This document shows positions 1 through 9,057 of a stretch of 28,549 nucleotides of DNA, one piece after another. Origin of the DNA: an uncultured bacterium (GTDB taxonomy: Bacteria; Hydrothermota; UBA3073; NMUJ01); NCBI GenBank assembly GCA_965612795.1, contig CBFDTI010000009.1, positions 1 through 28,549 of the forward strand. The letters run 5' to 3'. Below the pieces are notes generated by a model. The model did no database searches, had not been told where the DNA came from, and saw only the letters and a program-made list of their open reading frames with translations. A program made the position numbers and the translations under genes. Position 1 is the first letter of the stretch. Every line of letters begins with the position of its first letter.

Positions 1-1370
1 GTCCTACCCCATGGATCTGTTTCCACACCCCCATTCTGATAATGTAATGTAGGGAATACAAGTACCGGATCCTTTGTGATATCGATACCAAACCGTTTGA
101 ACATCCTCACCATCGCGGGAAATGACTTCTCGATGTAACCTTTACCCTGTACTATCTCAATAAGCGGTGTATCCAGCCACACACCACGTAACCCAGTGGG
201 TGTCACTATACCATTATTCCTAATATAACATTCGCGGATAATGGCAGCTGCCTCTACATCCCTGGGCTCCAGTGGGAACACAAACGCTTCACCGTACTTG
301 TTTACCGGTTGTGCACCTGCTGTCCTAAGCTTTTCGGTCAACAATAACCCCACTATCTGTTGTGGATATACAGCACCTGTTGGATGGTACTGCACAGTAT
401 CTGTATCCCTAAGTTTAGCACCTGCACGATATGCTAACACCAAACCATCCGCTGTCGCACCATAGTGGTTAGTGGTAGGGAACCCCCTAATATGTAAGCG
501 TCCAAACCCACCCGTCGCCAGTATAACAGCCTTAGCACGTACGATTTTGTACTCGTCTGTCTCTAGATTCACCAGTATCGCACCTGTCACCCTATTATCG
601 CCATCAGTGAGTAACTCGATCGCTGGATAGTACTCAAGTACTGGTATACCCCTATTTCTAAACTCGTCACGTAGCACACGTAGCTCCTCCATCCCTGTAT
701 AATCTCTACATGCGTGCATACGTTTACGTGAAGCGCCACCACCTGAGAGCTCGACAAAATTGCCATCCTCGTCTCTATCGAACATCGCCCCTAAATCACA
801 TAGCCACTTCATAACTTTAGGTGCATCCTCAACCAGTGCTTTCACCACATCCGGTTTGTTCGCGAAATGGCCACCCCCCATAGTATCGATGTAGTGGATT
901 ACGGGGCTATCCTCTGGCCTATCAGCTGCTTGTGTACCACCCTGTGCCATTATGGAATTGGAATCACCATGCCTCAACTTAGTAGCTAATAGTATTCTAT
1001 CCACAGGTATACCTGAATCGTTTGCTAACAAAGCGGCACTTGTACCTGCAAGGCCACCCCCTATGATCAGGATATCGACATCGTAATCCACACAGTTGAG
1101 ATCGATCTCGTCAGGTTCTATCAATGGATATGCTTCGAGTAGATCCACCACCTCATTGGGTGCGATATCGCCTTTGTTTTGGCCTATTGAAATTGGACGT
1201 TTGCCACCAGGTGCATAATCTGGATGACATAGGTTTAGAACTTCTTCACGTTCCTCCATCGTCATCTGGGGTGGTAGCTTACCCACCCTCTTCGGGCGTG
1301 TCTTCTCCACCAATTTAATAGATTCCCGCATATATTCGGGATACCCACCTATGAGTTTAAGTTCAGCCAT
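1..1370 (-). CDS. Succinate dehydrogenase/fumarate reductase/L-aspartate oxidase family flavoprotein (FrdA/SdhA-like), 3' end outside the window
   Basis: Absent from the ORF track because it has no stop in the window. Hand translation from ATG 1370 (SD TAAGGAGGTGTG) stays open to the edge: MAELKLIGGYPEYMRES...DVDILIIGGGLAGTSAA (FAD GxGxxG), GDSNSIMAQGG, VILATGGFGR, VQYHPTG, LLTEKLR, LEPRD, PTLHYQNGG. About 95-aa extension before the Rossmann motif. Confidence 0.88.
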   Translation of the reverse strand, partial: MAELKLIGGYPEYMRESIKLVEKTRPKRVGKLPPQMTMEEREEVLNLCHPDYAPGGKRPISIGQNKGDIAPNEVVDLLEAYPLIEPDEIDLNCVDYDVDILIIGGGLAGTSAALLANDSGIPVDRILLATKLRHGDSNSIMAQGGTQAADRPEDSPVIHYIDTMGGGHFANKPDVVKALVEDAPKVMKWLCDLGAMFDRDEDGNFVELSGGGASRKRMHACRDYTGMEELRVLRDEFRNRGIPVLEYYPAIELLTDGDNRVTGAILVNLETDEYKIVRAKAVILATGGFGRLHIRGFPTTNHYGATADGLVLAYRAGAKLRDTDTVQYHPTGAVYPQQIVGLLLTEKLRTAGAQPVNKYGEAFVFPLEPRDVEAAAIIRECYIRNNGIVTPTGLRGVWLDTPLIEIVQGKGYIEKSFPAMVRMFKRFGIDITKDPVLVFPTLHYQNGGVETDPWGR

Positions 1371-1379
1371 CACACCTCC

Positions 1380-2141
1380 TTAGTAAATTTCGCGTCCCTT
1401 TTGTTGTTCAACATAGAGCTTTTCAAGTTCTTCCCTGCTGAGGCTCATCACCTTCTTGAATTCCTCTTCGTACTTACCACTCTCTATCTCCTCAATACGC
1501 TTTTTGAGGTTCTGCTCCTCTGGTAGCTCATACTTACCGTACAACCTACGTATGAGTTGCGATACATGATAGTGTACAATCTCAGCTGGACAGCGCATCG
1601 CACATAGCCCACATTGTACGCAGTCGAATGATTCATTAGCTGCTGTGGCAAGGTCACCCCTAAGTGCCGCTTGTATGTAGTCCATTACTTCCAGATCCTG
1701 TGGGCACGCCTTTGTACATGTGTTACATGAGACACATCTTGCGAGCTCCGGATAATACTTAAGTATCGTGTTGATATCGCATCGCTCGCTGTTGATATCA
1801 TAGGTTGCCTTCTCAGCAGGTGCAAACGGTATCTGTACAAGATACATACCATCTTCAACCCTTGTCTGACATGCCAGCACCGCATGTAACTTATAATCAC
1901 CCTCCTTACGGTAGACGGTTGCACATGCACCACAGAAGCCTGCCCTACAGCCACACGATCTGATGAACCTATACCCCGCATATTCCATAGCTTGCATGAT
2001 TGTGAGTGCTGCCGGCACTTTATATGCCTTACCCATTATGTATATTGTTACCCAATGTTCTATGTCCTTCTCATCCACTCCCGTAGTTGCTACCTTACTG
2101 GTCTCTGCGATTCTATCCATGATGCTCTTCCTATCTTCCAT
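1380..2141 (-). CDS. SdhB/FrdB-like iron-sulfur subunit ([2Fe-2S] + 2x[4Fe-4S])
   Basis: Motifs CGCRAGFCGAC...LAC, CVSCNTCTKACP and CVQCGLCAMRCP. Start moved to ATG 2141 (AGGAGGCACC-ATG). Lies directly upstream of the FrdA-like gene. Confidence 0.85.
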   Translation of the reverse strand: MEDRKSIMDRIAETSKVATTGVDEKDIEHWVTIYIMGKAYKVPAALTIMQAMEYAGYRFIRSCGCRAGFCGACATVYRKEGDYKLHAVLACQTRVEDGMYLVQIPFAPAEKATYDINSERCDINTILKYYPELARCVSCNTCTKACPQDLEVMDYIQAALRGDLATAANESFDCVQCGLCAMRCPAEIVHYHVSQLIRRLYGKYELPEEQNLKKRIEEIESGKYEEEFKKVMSLSREELEKLYVEQQKGREIY

Positions 2142-2176
2142 GGTGCCTCCTATTGCCGTACTTGATAGCACATATT

Positions 2177-2204
2177 AGTCTTAGCTGATGTTAAATTTTG
2201 TCAA
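2177..2204 (-). promoter_or_regulatory. Possible sigma70-type promoter for the frdB/frdA-like pair
   Basis: Perfect TTGACA at 2204-2199 in an AT-rich gap. The -10 match is weak (TAAGAC or AAGACT at 15-16 bp spacing). Confidence 0.35.
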
Positions 2205-2230
2205 TGGTTTCAAACACCCATGGATGTCGC

Positions 2231-2506
2231 TCATTTACTTAATCGGTCAACTACATATGCTTGTGATACACCCTCTACCCGTATGAGCTTCTTTCTACTG
2301 GTGAGCCCCTTCTCTATTCGTATGCTGGATTTGGCCACACGTAACTCTGTGCTGAGCAAGTTGATAAGTTTTGTATTCGCCCTCCCCCTAATAGGAGGGG
2401 CGGCTACCTTCACATATAATACACCCTTCGCGTATCTTACCACCTCATCCCTCGTTGCGTTTGGTTGCACCTTCACCACTATACGAGCTGCAGTTGTGGT
2501 ACCCAA
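2231..2506 (-). CDS. DUF167 / UPF0235 (YggU) family protein
   Basis: VKVQPNA...LYVKVAAPPIRGRANTKLINLLS...SSIRIEKGLTSRKK is the characteristic DUF167 pattern. TTG start 3 nt after the pck stop. Confidence 0.85.
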   Translation of the reverse strand: MGTTTAARIVVKVQPNATRDEVVRYAKGVLYVKVAAPPIRGRANTKLINLLSTELRVAKSSIRIEKGLTSRKKLIRVEGVSQAYVVDRLSK

Positions 2507-2509
2507 CTG

Positions 2510-4402
2510 TTAATTAACCTCCTCAAACTTATCTGGTGTTATATAATCCCCATATTTATTGCGTGCTTCTTCCAACCGCTTACGCTCTGCTTCTAACACC
2601 TCAAACACTATCTGTGGCGCATCGGGTACCTTCGTTTCATAGATCTTCTTGATCCTATCGATCTTGGCCAGATTCTCTCGCACCCTAATCGTGAACTGCT
2701 TCATATAGTCTTCTTTTGAGTAATCCTTACCCAACACCTCCTTGAATAAGCGCTTAAGATCTTCATACTTGGGTATATAACCGGTTGGTGTTTTGATTGC
2801 ACCCACCTCACCATGTACACGTAGCTCCATCCACTTGTACCATACGCGTTTATCAACTTTATCGTTCAGGAACTCACCTGTCTCTTTATCCTTTAAGAAA
2901 TAGTTAACCCCGAATATCTTCGGCTTCTTATTCAGTTTCTTACCAAACTCGATATTAGCCTGTATGTATTTACCTACAGGGATTGAAAGGAAGTCGAGGT
3001 TCGACATCGGGTTGAACTCACGTACCCCTTCTTTACCCAATACGGCTGCTGTGCGTTCGGATTCAAGTGCCGCACCTTTAGCTACTATACCATGCACCCA
3101 ATCAAACGCCTCCTGAACCGGTACCCATGTATCTGAGTCTCGTCCTCCATAGACGATAGCACCTACTGGTACACCTTCGGGGTCGTGTAGCTTCGGATCC
3201 ACATTTTCAAAATGCTTCAACTCAACCGTGAACCTAGCATTCGGGTGCGAACATGGTATCTCCTTGCCTTCGGCATCTTTTTTACCGATCCACCATTCAC
3301 CTGAGTGATTATAGCCACGAGGTGGTACCTCACCATCCTTACCAATCCAATGTACACGTTTATCCTCTGTCACTAATACGTTGGAGAAGATGATCTCCAC
3401 TGGACTATGTAGAACTTTCCACTGTATTGGATCGTCTTTCGAATTTATCCCTTGTATTATACCGAATACACCCTTTTCCACGTTTACTGCACGTGCCTCA
3501 CCGTTTATGTTCCTAATGTACGCTATATCGTCACCTACGATGGATTCGCCCTCCAGCATGGCGGTCGAGGTTTTACCACACAGTGACGGGAATGCACCTG
3601 TAAAGTAGGTTACCCTACCCTTGGGGCCATGTACTCCCATGATCAGCATGTGTTCGGTTAGCCATCCCTCTTTTGAGGCATGGTTGATAGCAAGTCGCAT
3701 CGCCAGTTTCTTCAACCCTATCGTATTACCACCGTACTGGGTATTCGTGGAATAAACCGTATCTTCTTCCAGATCAATATATATACGACGTTTATCTATG
3801 TTTTTGGATGTCTTACGTTCATCAAGCTCGCCCTCCGAATGTACGAATTTGAAGAATTTCCTTGTGGGGCCACGCTTTATGAACTCCTCATATCCCTGTC
3901 TGTAGAGTATGTTCTCACTATGTGCAACGTAGCTCGAATCCGTCAACTGTACACAAGGTATGGAGAATACCGAGTTTGTAGGCCCTAAGCAGTAGAAGCA
4001 TACGTAAAGTTCGTGTCCCTTCATTATGTCTTTTAGTATTTCGTGTATCTCACGTAACCCTTCGTCCTTATCCATCGCTTTGATTGTGGGCCCAAGATCT
4101 ACCCCCTTCGGTAGGAGGAATTTGGTATGTTCGCGGTCACGTGCCTGATCGTAATAGCCATCGAAATGCACGGTATGGCCAGGAATTGCAAGTGGCATCT
4201 CCTCACCGGTTTTGATCGCTGCCTCCCTTATGTACTGGAGTGCCTCATCTGAACCGTCTGATACGAAGATACTATCTGGGTTACAAAGCTCTATGTACTT
4301 GGCCACAAACTCGTGTAAGTACGGATTGTTGATCGCCATAAGCTTCTTATAGTTGGGTTCATCCAACCTTTCCTTAAGGATATCAAGATAATTTTTACCC
4401 AT
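2510..4402 (-). CDS. pckG: Phosphoenolpyruvate carboxykinase (GTP)
   Basis: DQARD, YGGNTIGLKK, EGWLTEHM, GAFPSLCGKTS (PEPCK-GTP signature), VGDDIA, HPNARF, YGGRD, FNPMSN, FGVNYF. ATG 4402 lies 8 nt after AGGAGG. Confidence 0.95.
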   Translation of the reverse strand: MGKNYLDILKERLDEPNYKKLMAINNPYLHEFVAKYIELCNPDSIFVSDGSDEALQYIREAAIKTGEEMPLAIPGHTVHFDGYYDQARDREHTKFLLPKGVDLGPTIKAMDKDEGLREIHEILKDIMKGHELYVCFYCLGPTNSVFSIPCVQLTDSSYVAHSENILYRQGYEEFIKRGPTRKFFKFVHSEGELDERKTSKNIDKRRIYIDLEEDTVYSTNTQYGGNTIGLKKLAMRLAINHASKEGWLTEHMLIMGVHGPKGRVTYFTGAFPSLCGKTSTAMLEGESIVGDDIAYIRNINGEARAVNVEKGVFGIIQGINSKDDPIQWKVLHSPVEIIFSNVLVTEDKRVHWIGKDGEVPPRGYNHSGEWWIGKKDAEGKEIPCSHPNARFTVELKHFENVDPKLHDPEGVPVGAIVYGGRDSDTWVPVQEAFDWVHGIVAKGAALESERTAAVLGKEGVREFNPMSNLDFLSIPVGKYIQANIEFGKKLNKKPKIFGVNYFLKDKETGEFLNDKVDKRVWYKWMELRVHGEVGAIKTPTGYIPKYEDLKRLFKEVLGKDYSKEDYMKQFTIRVRENLAKIDRIKKIYETKVPDAPQIVFEVLEAERKRLEEARNKYGDYITPDKFEEVN

Positions 4403-4417
4403 CTTCAAGACCTCCTT

Positions 4418-5470
4418 TTACTTTAATGCTTGCCAAACTAAGTCTAACAAGTTCCTTACCTCAATCTTGTCACCCCTCTTGGCAATATTGCCAAGGTTCA
4501 GCTCACACGTAGGACATAATGTTACCAACATATCGACACCAAGTTCTATTGCCTCATTTAATCTCCTTTCTGCAATCTTCTCGGCTAGCTCGCGATTAGT
4601 GACCAACAAACCGCCGCCACCACCACAACATTCTGCTTCTTTACCGTTTGTGGGTAACTCCACTACCTCAACACCTATCATCCTCAGTATATCACGGGGT
4701 TCTTCTATCATACCCAACCCTCTTGCTAAATTACACGGGTCGTGGTACGTCACTTTTAGACCCAGCTTCTTAACATTAACGTTGGGTAGCCTTTCTCTTA
4801 TCACTTCGATCACGTATTTGGGGTTCAATCCCGAATAGCTTTTCTTAATAAAGAATGTACATGTGGTGCATAAACAGATGAATTCATCTCCAGGTAACCG
4901 CTTACGGAATTCCTGTTGATGGTGGATGAGCTCGTCTTTATACCCCAATACACCAAATGGCATACCGCAGCAGATTTCGTCAAACACCTTTGGTTTGATA
5001 CCTATCCTTTCCAGTATCTCAAGGTATCGTTGTGCATCCTCACTCCGCTCGAGGAACCTACATCCAAGTAATATCGGGGTTTCACCCTCACGTATAGGTG
5101 GGGTCAGCTTCTTACCAAATATGTTGCCAGTTTGTTTAATTTTATCCAGTAACGCTCGATGTTCGTCGTATACGAAACCTGCACTCACCAGGTCTGCACG
5201 TGCTGCCGCCAGTATATCCGGGATTGCTACATTTGCTGAACATCTTTCGGTACAATCCCTGCAAAACGAACATTCATAAATCTTACGTACAACGTAGTCT
5301 GAAGGTTCAAGCTCACCCGTAAGCAACCCATACGCAAGTACTGCCTTGCCACGAGCACCATCAACTTCCCAACCCAGTTGCTTGAATACAGGACACCCCT
5401 CAAAACAGTATGCACACCTGATACAGGTATTGAGCTCGGCTTCCCAAGCTTTTAGGTACTGGATATCCAT
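4418..5470 (-). CDS. GlcF/HdrD-like Fe-S protein: N-terminal 2x[4Fe-4S] domain plus two CCG domains
   Basis: CIRCAYCFEGCP and CSFCRDCTERC; GC...EICCG...CTTC; YHDPC...ECCGGGGG...CPTC. Strong SD AAGGAGG before ATG 5470; an alternative in-frame ATG at 5545 overlaps the upstream stop (ATGA). Confidence 0.88.
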   Translation of the reverse strand: MDIQYLKAWEAELNTCIRCAYCFEGCPVFKQLGWEVDGARGKAVLAYGLLTGELEPSDYVVRKIYECSFCRDCTERCSANVAIPDILAAARADLVSAGFVYDEHRALLDKIKQTGNIFGKKLTPPIREGETPILLGCRFLERSEDAQRYLEILERIGIKPKVFDEICCGMPFGVLGYKDELIHHQQEFRKRLPGDEFICLCTTCTFFIKKSYSGLNPKYVIEVIRERLPNVNVKKLGLKVTYHDPCNLARGLGMIEEPRDILRMIGVEVVELPTNGKEAECCGGGGGLLVTNRELAEKIAERRLNEAIELGVDMLVTLCPTCELNLGNIAKRGDKIEVRNLLDLVWQALK

Positions 5471-5541
5471 CTTATCCTCCTTGATGATCCGTTGTGATAC
5501 AGTTATGGTATCTGGATTTAAGGAATGCTTATCTTTTGATA

Positions 5542-6978
5542 TCATGCTTTCACCTTATATCTAAGTGGAGTAGCTGTCAACCAATCCTCTGGTGCATCCA
5601 TCAATTTATGTGGATTCAGTATGTTATTGGGATCGAGTGCACGCTTAATGGCACGCATCACGGGTAGGAGATCTTTGCGTGCTTTCTTCCATGAAGGTGC
5701 TTTCGATATCGCTATACCATGTTCACCGGATGTTATCCCGCCCACACTATGTACGTAATCGTAAATCTCTTCAACTGCATGTTTGGCTGCTTCCCATTGC
5801 TCTTTCCGGGTGGGATCCATCAATATCTTTGTGTGCATGACACCTGAACCACAGTGCCCATATGCAGTCATTATCACACCGTACTTTTCGGCTACCTCAT
5901 GTATCTTCTTGGCACATTCAGCCATCTTCGAGTATGGTACCGCCATATCGTCTGCCAACGCAGTACAGGCAAGCCCCTCTTTATATCTCGATAGTGCTGC
6001 GAATAGCTTCTTACGACCTGCGTAGATTCTTGTACGCTCCTGTGCGTCATAGCTCATCGCTTTCACTTCACCATGATGTTTTTCGCAAATCGATTTCATC
6101 GTCTGCATTTCGTAATCCACAGCCTCTTTGACCTTGCCATCGGCTTCAAACAGCACTATGGCTTCAACATCTGGTAAACCCATATTCAACGTGGTGTTAA
6201 CCGCTTTTATAGCAATATGATCCATAAGCTCCAACATGGATGGCTCTGCACCACTTGTAATTATATCAGCAATCGCATCACCAGCATATTCGATTCTGTC
6301 GAAGGTCGCCATACCTAAGCAACGTAATTTCGGTAATGGTATGAACTTCATGGTAGCTTCAACGATAATACCAAGCGTACCTTCTGAACCGACGATCAAC
6401 CTATGTATCTGGTAACCAGCTGCCTCCACACGTGTGGTGGCACCAAGGTTGACGAGATCACCGTTTGCAAGCACTAACTTCATACCGAGCACATAGTCCC
6501 TTGTGGCACCATACTTTACCGACCTTATGCCGCTGGCGTTATTCGCAATTTCACCCCCTATTGTAGCAATCCTACTTGATGCAGGTGAAGGTGGATAAAA
6601 CATACCGTAAGGTTTGAGTGCACGGTTAAGGTCGTCGTCCACCACACCTGGTTCTACCCTGCAATACATGTCTTCTGGCCTTATCTCCAAGATGCGGTTC
6701 ATACGCTTCATATCGAGAATAATACCACCATCAATCGGCACTGTATGACCTGACATACCCGAACCTGCACCTCGTGGTATCACCGGTATAAGTTCGGCGT
6801 TCGCATAACGCATAATTTCCTGTACCTGCTCGATAGTTCTTGGCTGTACCACCACGTCTGGCATACTCTGGTGTACGGAGGCATCTGCACCGTACACATA
6901 ACGTATAGCGGGGTGGTTGGATACGTTCTCCTTGCCAACTATGGATTCTAGCAATTTGATATCCACATTTTTGCCCAT
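5542..6978 (-). CDS. FAD-linked 2-hydroxyacid dehydrogenase (GlcD / D-lactate dehydrogenase family)
   Basis: PDVVVQP, PRGAGSGMSG, ATIGGEIANNASG, VKYGATRD, VGSEGTLGII, GHCGSGVMH, SGEHGIA, LDPNNILNP. Substrate cannot be assigned from sequence. Confidence 0.9.
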   Translation of the reverse strand: MGKNVDIKLLESIVGKENVSNHPAIRYVYGADASVHQSMPDVVVQPRTIEQVQEIMRYANAELIPVIPRGAGSGMSGHTVPIDGGIILDMKRMNRILEIRPEDMYCRVEPGVVDDDLNRALKPYGMFYPPSPASSRIATIGGEIANNASGIRSVKYGATRDYVLGMKLVLANGDLVNLGATTRVEAAGYQIHRLIVGSEGTLGIIVEATMKFIPLPKLRCLGMATFDRIEYAGDAIADIITSGAEPSMLELMDHIAIKAVNTTLNMGLPDVEAIVLFEADGKVKEAVDYEMQTMKSICEKHHGEVKAMSYDAQERTRIYAGRKKLFAALSRYKEGLACTALADDMAVPYSKMAECAKKIHEVAEKYGVIMTAYGHCGSGVMHTKILMDPTRKEQWEAAKHAVEEIYDYVHSVGGITSGEHGIAISKAPSWKKARKDLLPVMRAIKRALDPNNILNPHKLMDAPEDWLTATPLRYKVKA

Positions 6979-6990
6979 ATCACCTCCTTA
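6979..6990 (-). promoter_or_regulatory. Shine-Dalgarno site with extended complementarity to the 16S rRNA 3' end
   Basis: Minus strand reads TAAGGAGGTGAT immediately before the ATG at 6978. This is the exact complement of the canonical bacterial 16S tail AUCACCUCCUUA. Confidence 0.8.
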
Positions 6991-7051
6991 TCCCACATGG
7001 TGTCCCGTAATGGAAAATATTCCCATAATCATGATTGAGTAAATTCCATCC

Positions 7052-7079
7052 AAAATAATATTGGTGTCCTTGTTGTCAA
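7052..7079 (-). promoter_or_regulatory. Putative sigma70-type promoter for the leftward glcD-glcF-pck operon
   Basis: Minus strand TTGACA (7079-7074) - 16 bp - TATTTT (7057-7052). Confidence 0.5.
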
Positions 7080-7201
7080 CCTTAATGGATAGCGATGTAA
7101 GTTCTGAGTAGATTCATCACATAGCTGTGCTCAGCAATTGAGGGTATGGCTGTAATTTCCTTACAGATATTGCAATTTGAGAGTGCCCGTAATTAAAAGA
7201 C

Positions 7202-7228
7202 TTGACTAAAAAAAATTTTCCATAAAAT
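7202..7228 (+). promoter_or_regulatory. Putative sigma70-type promoter for the rightward hydrogenase/Hdr operon
   Basis: TTGACT (7202-7207) - 15 bp containing an A8 run - TAAAAT (7223-7228), with an AT-rich upstream segment. The spacer is short. Confidence 0.5.
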
Positions 7229-7241
7229 GATATGCAACATT

Positions 7242-8237
7242 ATGGCAAAGGTCTTTCACGTAGATCCGGATGCGTGGAAAGCCGGTGTGAAAGCCCTGTT
7301 GCGGACATATGCTGTTTATGGGCCGATTGAGTCAACCTTCGGTATAAAGTATTCGTTATTAGACGAGGATAACGTTGATAAGCTTGTCAATTTAGGTGCA
7401 AGAATCTACCCATCTATTAAGTTTTTCCTCTACCCAGTACAAGAGAATGTTGTGAAGGAATTCCAACCCAAGAACACGATCCTAATGGGTGTAAAGGGGT
7501 GTGATTTACGTGCAGTTGCAACCCTGGACAGCGTATTCCTTGATCCGGATTTTATCGACGATTACTACAAGCTACGTAGGGACAATACGATAATAATCAG
7601 CGAAGATTGTTTTAAGCCACTGGATGTGTGCTTCTGCTCTTGCCTTGGAGATACACCGTTCCCGGAGAAGGGGTTTGACCTCAATCTATCCTACTTAGAG
7701 GATAAAGTTCTCGTCGAGGTGGGTACAGAAAGGGGGCAAAAGGTGCTCGATGAAATGAATATCGAGTTAAATGAAGCGGATGCAGCACAAATCGCAGAGA
7801 GGGATGAGCTCCGTAAAAGGGTTGCTGAGGCAATCTTAGAGTCGAATAAGAAGTTCAAATTTCCACAGGATATATATAACCTATTAAAGGATAAATATGA
7901 AAGTGAAGTATGGAAACAGCACGCCGAGACCTGTGTCACTTGTTTCGCATGTACGAACGTATGCCCAAGCTGCCACTGTTTCCTGCTGCAGGAGTTAGAA
8001 GATTTCGCAAAAGCACGTGTGTGGGATTCGTGTCAATCGGTCGGTTACGCACGTGTGGCGGGAGGTGCCAACCCACGTAAACATTTATTCGAGCGTTTCC
8101 GTAATAGGTACTACTGTAAATTTGTGTATAGGTTTGAGCGGTTTGGGTTACGTGCATGTGTTGGGTGTGGCAGATGTATAGAAGCGTGTCATGGTAAGAT
8201 CGACATGCGTGAAGTGTTAACCGATTTAGCTAGGTAG
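7242..8237 (+). CDS. AsrA / sulfhydrogenase beta (HydB) / FlxB-like Fe-S protein
   Basis: GVKGCDL, C..CFCSC, CVTCFACTNVCPSCHCF, WDSC, ERFRNRYYCKF, CVGCGRCIEAC. Start is ATG 7242 or 7227; the latter overlaps the predicted -10. Confidence 0.85.
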   Translation: MAKVFHVDPDAWKAGVKALLRTYAVYGPIESTFGIKYSLLDEDNVDKLVNLGARIYPSIKFFLYPVQENVVKEFQPKNTILMGVKGCDLRAVATLDSVFLDPDFIDDYYKLRRDNTIIISEDCFKPLDVCFCSCLGDTPFPEKGFDLNLSYLEDKVLVEVGTERGQKVLDEMNIELNEADAAQIAERDELRKRVAEAILESNKKFKFPQDIYNLLKDKYESEVWKQHAETCVTCFACTNVCPSCHCFLLQELEDFAKARVWDSCQSVGYARVAGGANPRKHLFERFRNRYYCKFVYRFERFGLRACVGCGRCIEACHGKIDMREVLTDLAR

Positions 8238-8241
8238 TGAA

Positions 8242-9057
8242 ATGAGTATTTACAGACCTATTAAAGCGAGAATCGACCGCGTAATCGATGAGACACCTAC
8301 AATCAAAACGTTTGTATTGATACCAGAGAAGCCGATTGAGTTTGCGACCGGTCAATTTGTAGAGATAACAGTACCGGGTGTGGGTGAGGCACCTTTTACT
8401 CCATCTTCGTCACCTTTTGAGAAAGATAAGCTTGACGTAACTATCATGAAAGTCGGTACGGTTACCGAGAAGTTGCACGAGATGAAGGAAGGCGACGTGG
8501 TAGGGATACGTGGCCCGTATGGAAAGGGTTACCCGCTCGACAAAATGTATGGGAAAGAGGTTCTAATACTCGGTGGTGGTGTAGGTATGGCGCCATTGCG
8601 ATCGTTTCTACTTACGGTGCTTGAGACACCCGACAAGTTCAAGCGTATTGTGTTATGTTATGGTGCACGTACACCACAGGATATAGTGTATAAAGAGCAG
8701 TTTGAAAAGGAGTGGATGCAGAACAAATATCTTGAGGTCTTCCGTAGTGTAGACAAGAAGGACGAAACTTGGAAAGAAACCGAGGGTGTTGTAACTGTAT
8801 TGTTGGACAAATTCAAAATGGACTATGATAACGCAGTAGCTGTGGTGTGTGGGCCACCGATAATGATGAAGTTTGGTACTTTGAAGTTGCTCGAATTGGG
8901 GTTCAAGCCTGAGAATATTTACCTTTCGATGGAGAAAAACATGTCGTGTGGACTTGGCAAGTGTGGCCATTGTGCATTGGGTAAATACTTTGTCTGTAAG
9001 GATGGACCGGTGTTCAGTTACGATATGATAATGGATGTACCGGAGATATGGGAATGA
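8242..9057 (+). CDS. AsrB / sulfhydrogenase gamma (HydG) / FlxA-like FAD/NAD(P)-binding [2Fe-2S] protein
   Basis: GQF..GVGEAPF, RGPYGKGY, GGGVGMAPLRS, CGPPIMMKF, EKNMSCGLGKCGHC...CKDGPVF. Confidence 0.9.
   Translation: MSIYRPIKARIDRVIDETPTIKTFVLIPEKPIEFATGQFVEITVPGVGEAPFTPSSSPFEKDKLDVTIMKVGTVTEKLHEMKEGDVVGIRGPYGKGYPLDKMYGKEVLILGGGVGMAPLRSFLLTVLETPDKFKRIVLCYGARTPQDIVYKEQFEKEWMQNKYLEVFRSVDKKDETWKETEGVVTVLLDKFKMDYDNAVAVVCGPPIMMKFGTLKLLELGFKPENIYLSMEKNMSCGLGKCGHCALGKYFVCKDGPVFSYDMIMDVPEIWE

Noticed and set aside
7242..9057. Anaerobic sulfite reductase AsrABC or group 3b sulfhydrogenase
   Set aside because: No siroheme AsrC gene and no adjacent HydD/HydA; the soluble hydrogenase present is Mvh-type by motifs and context.
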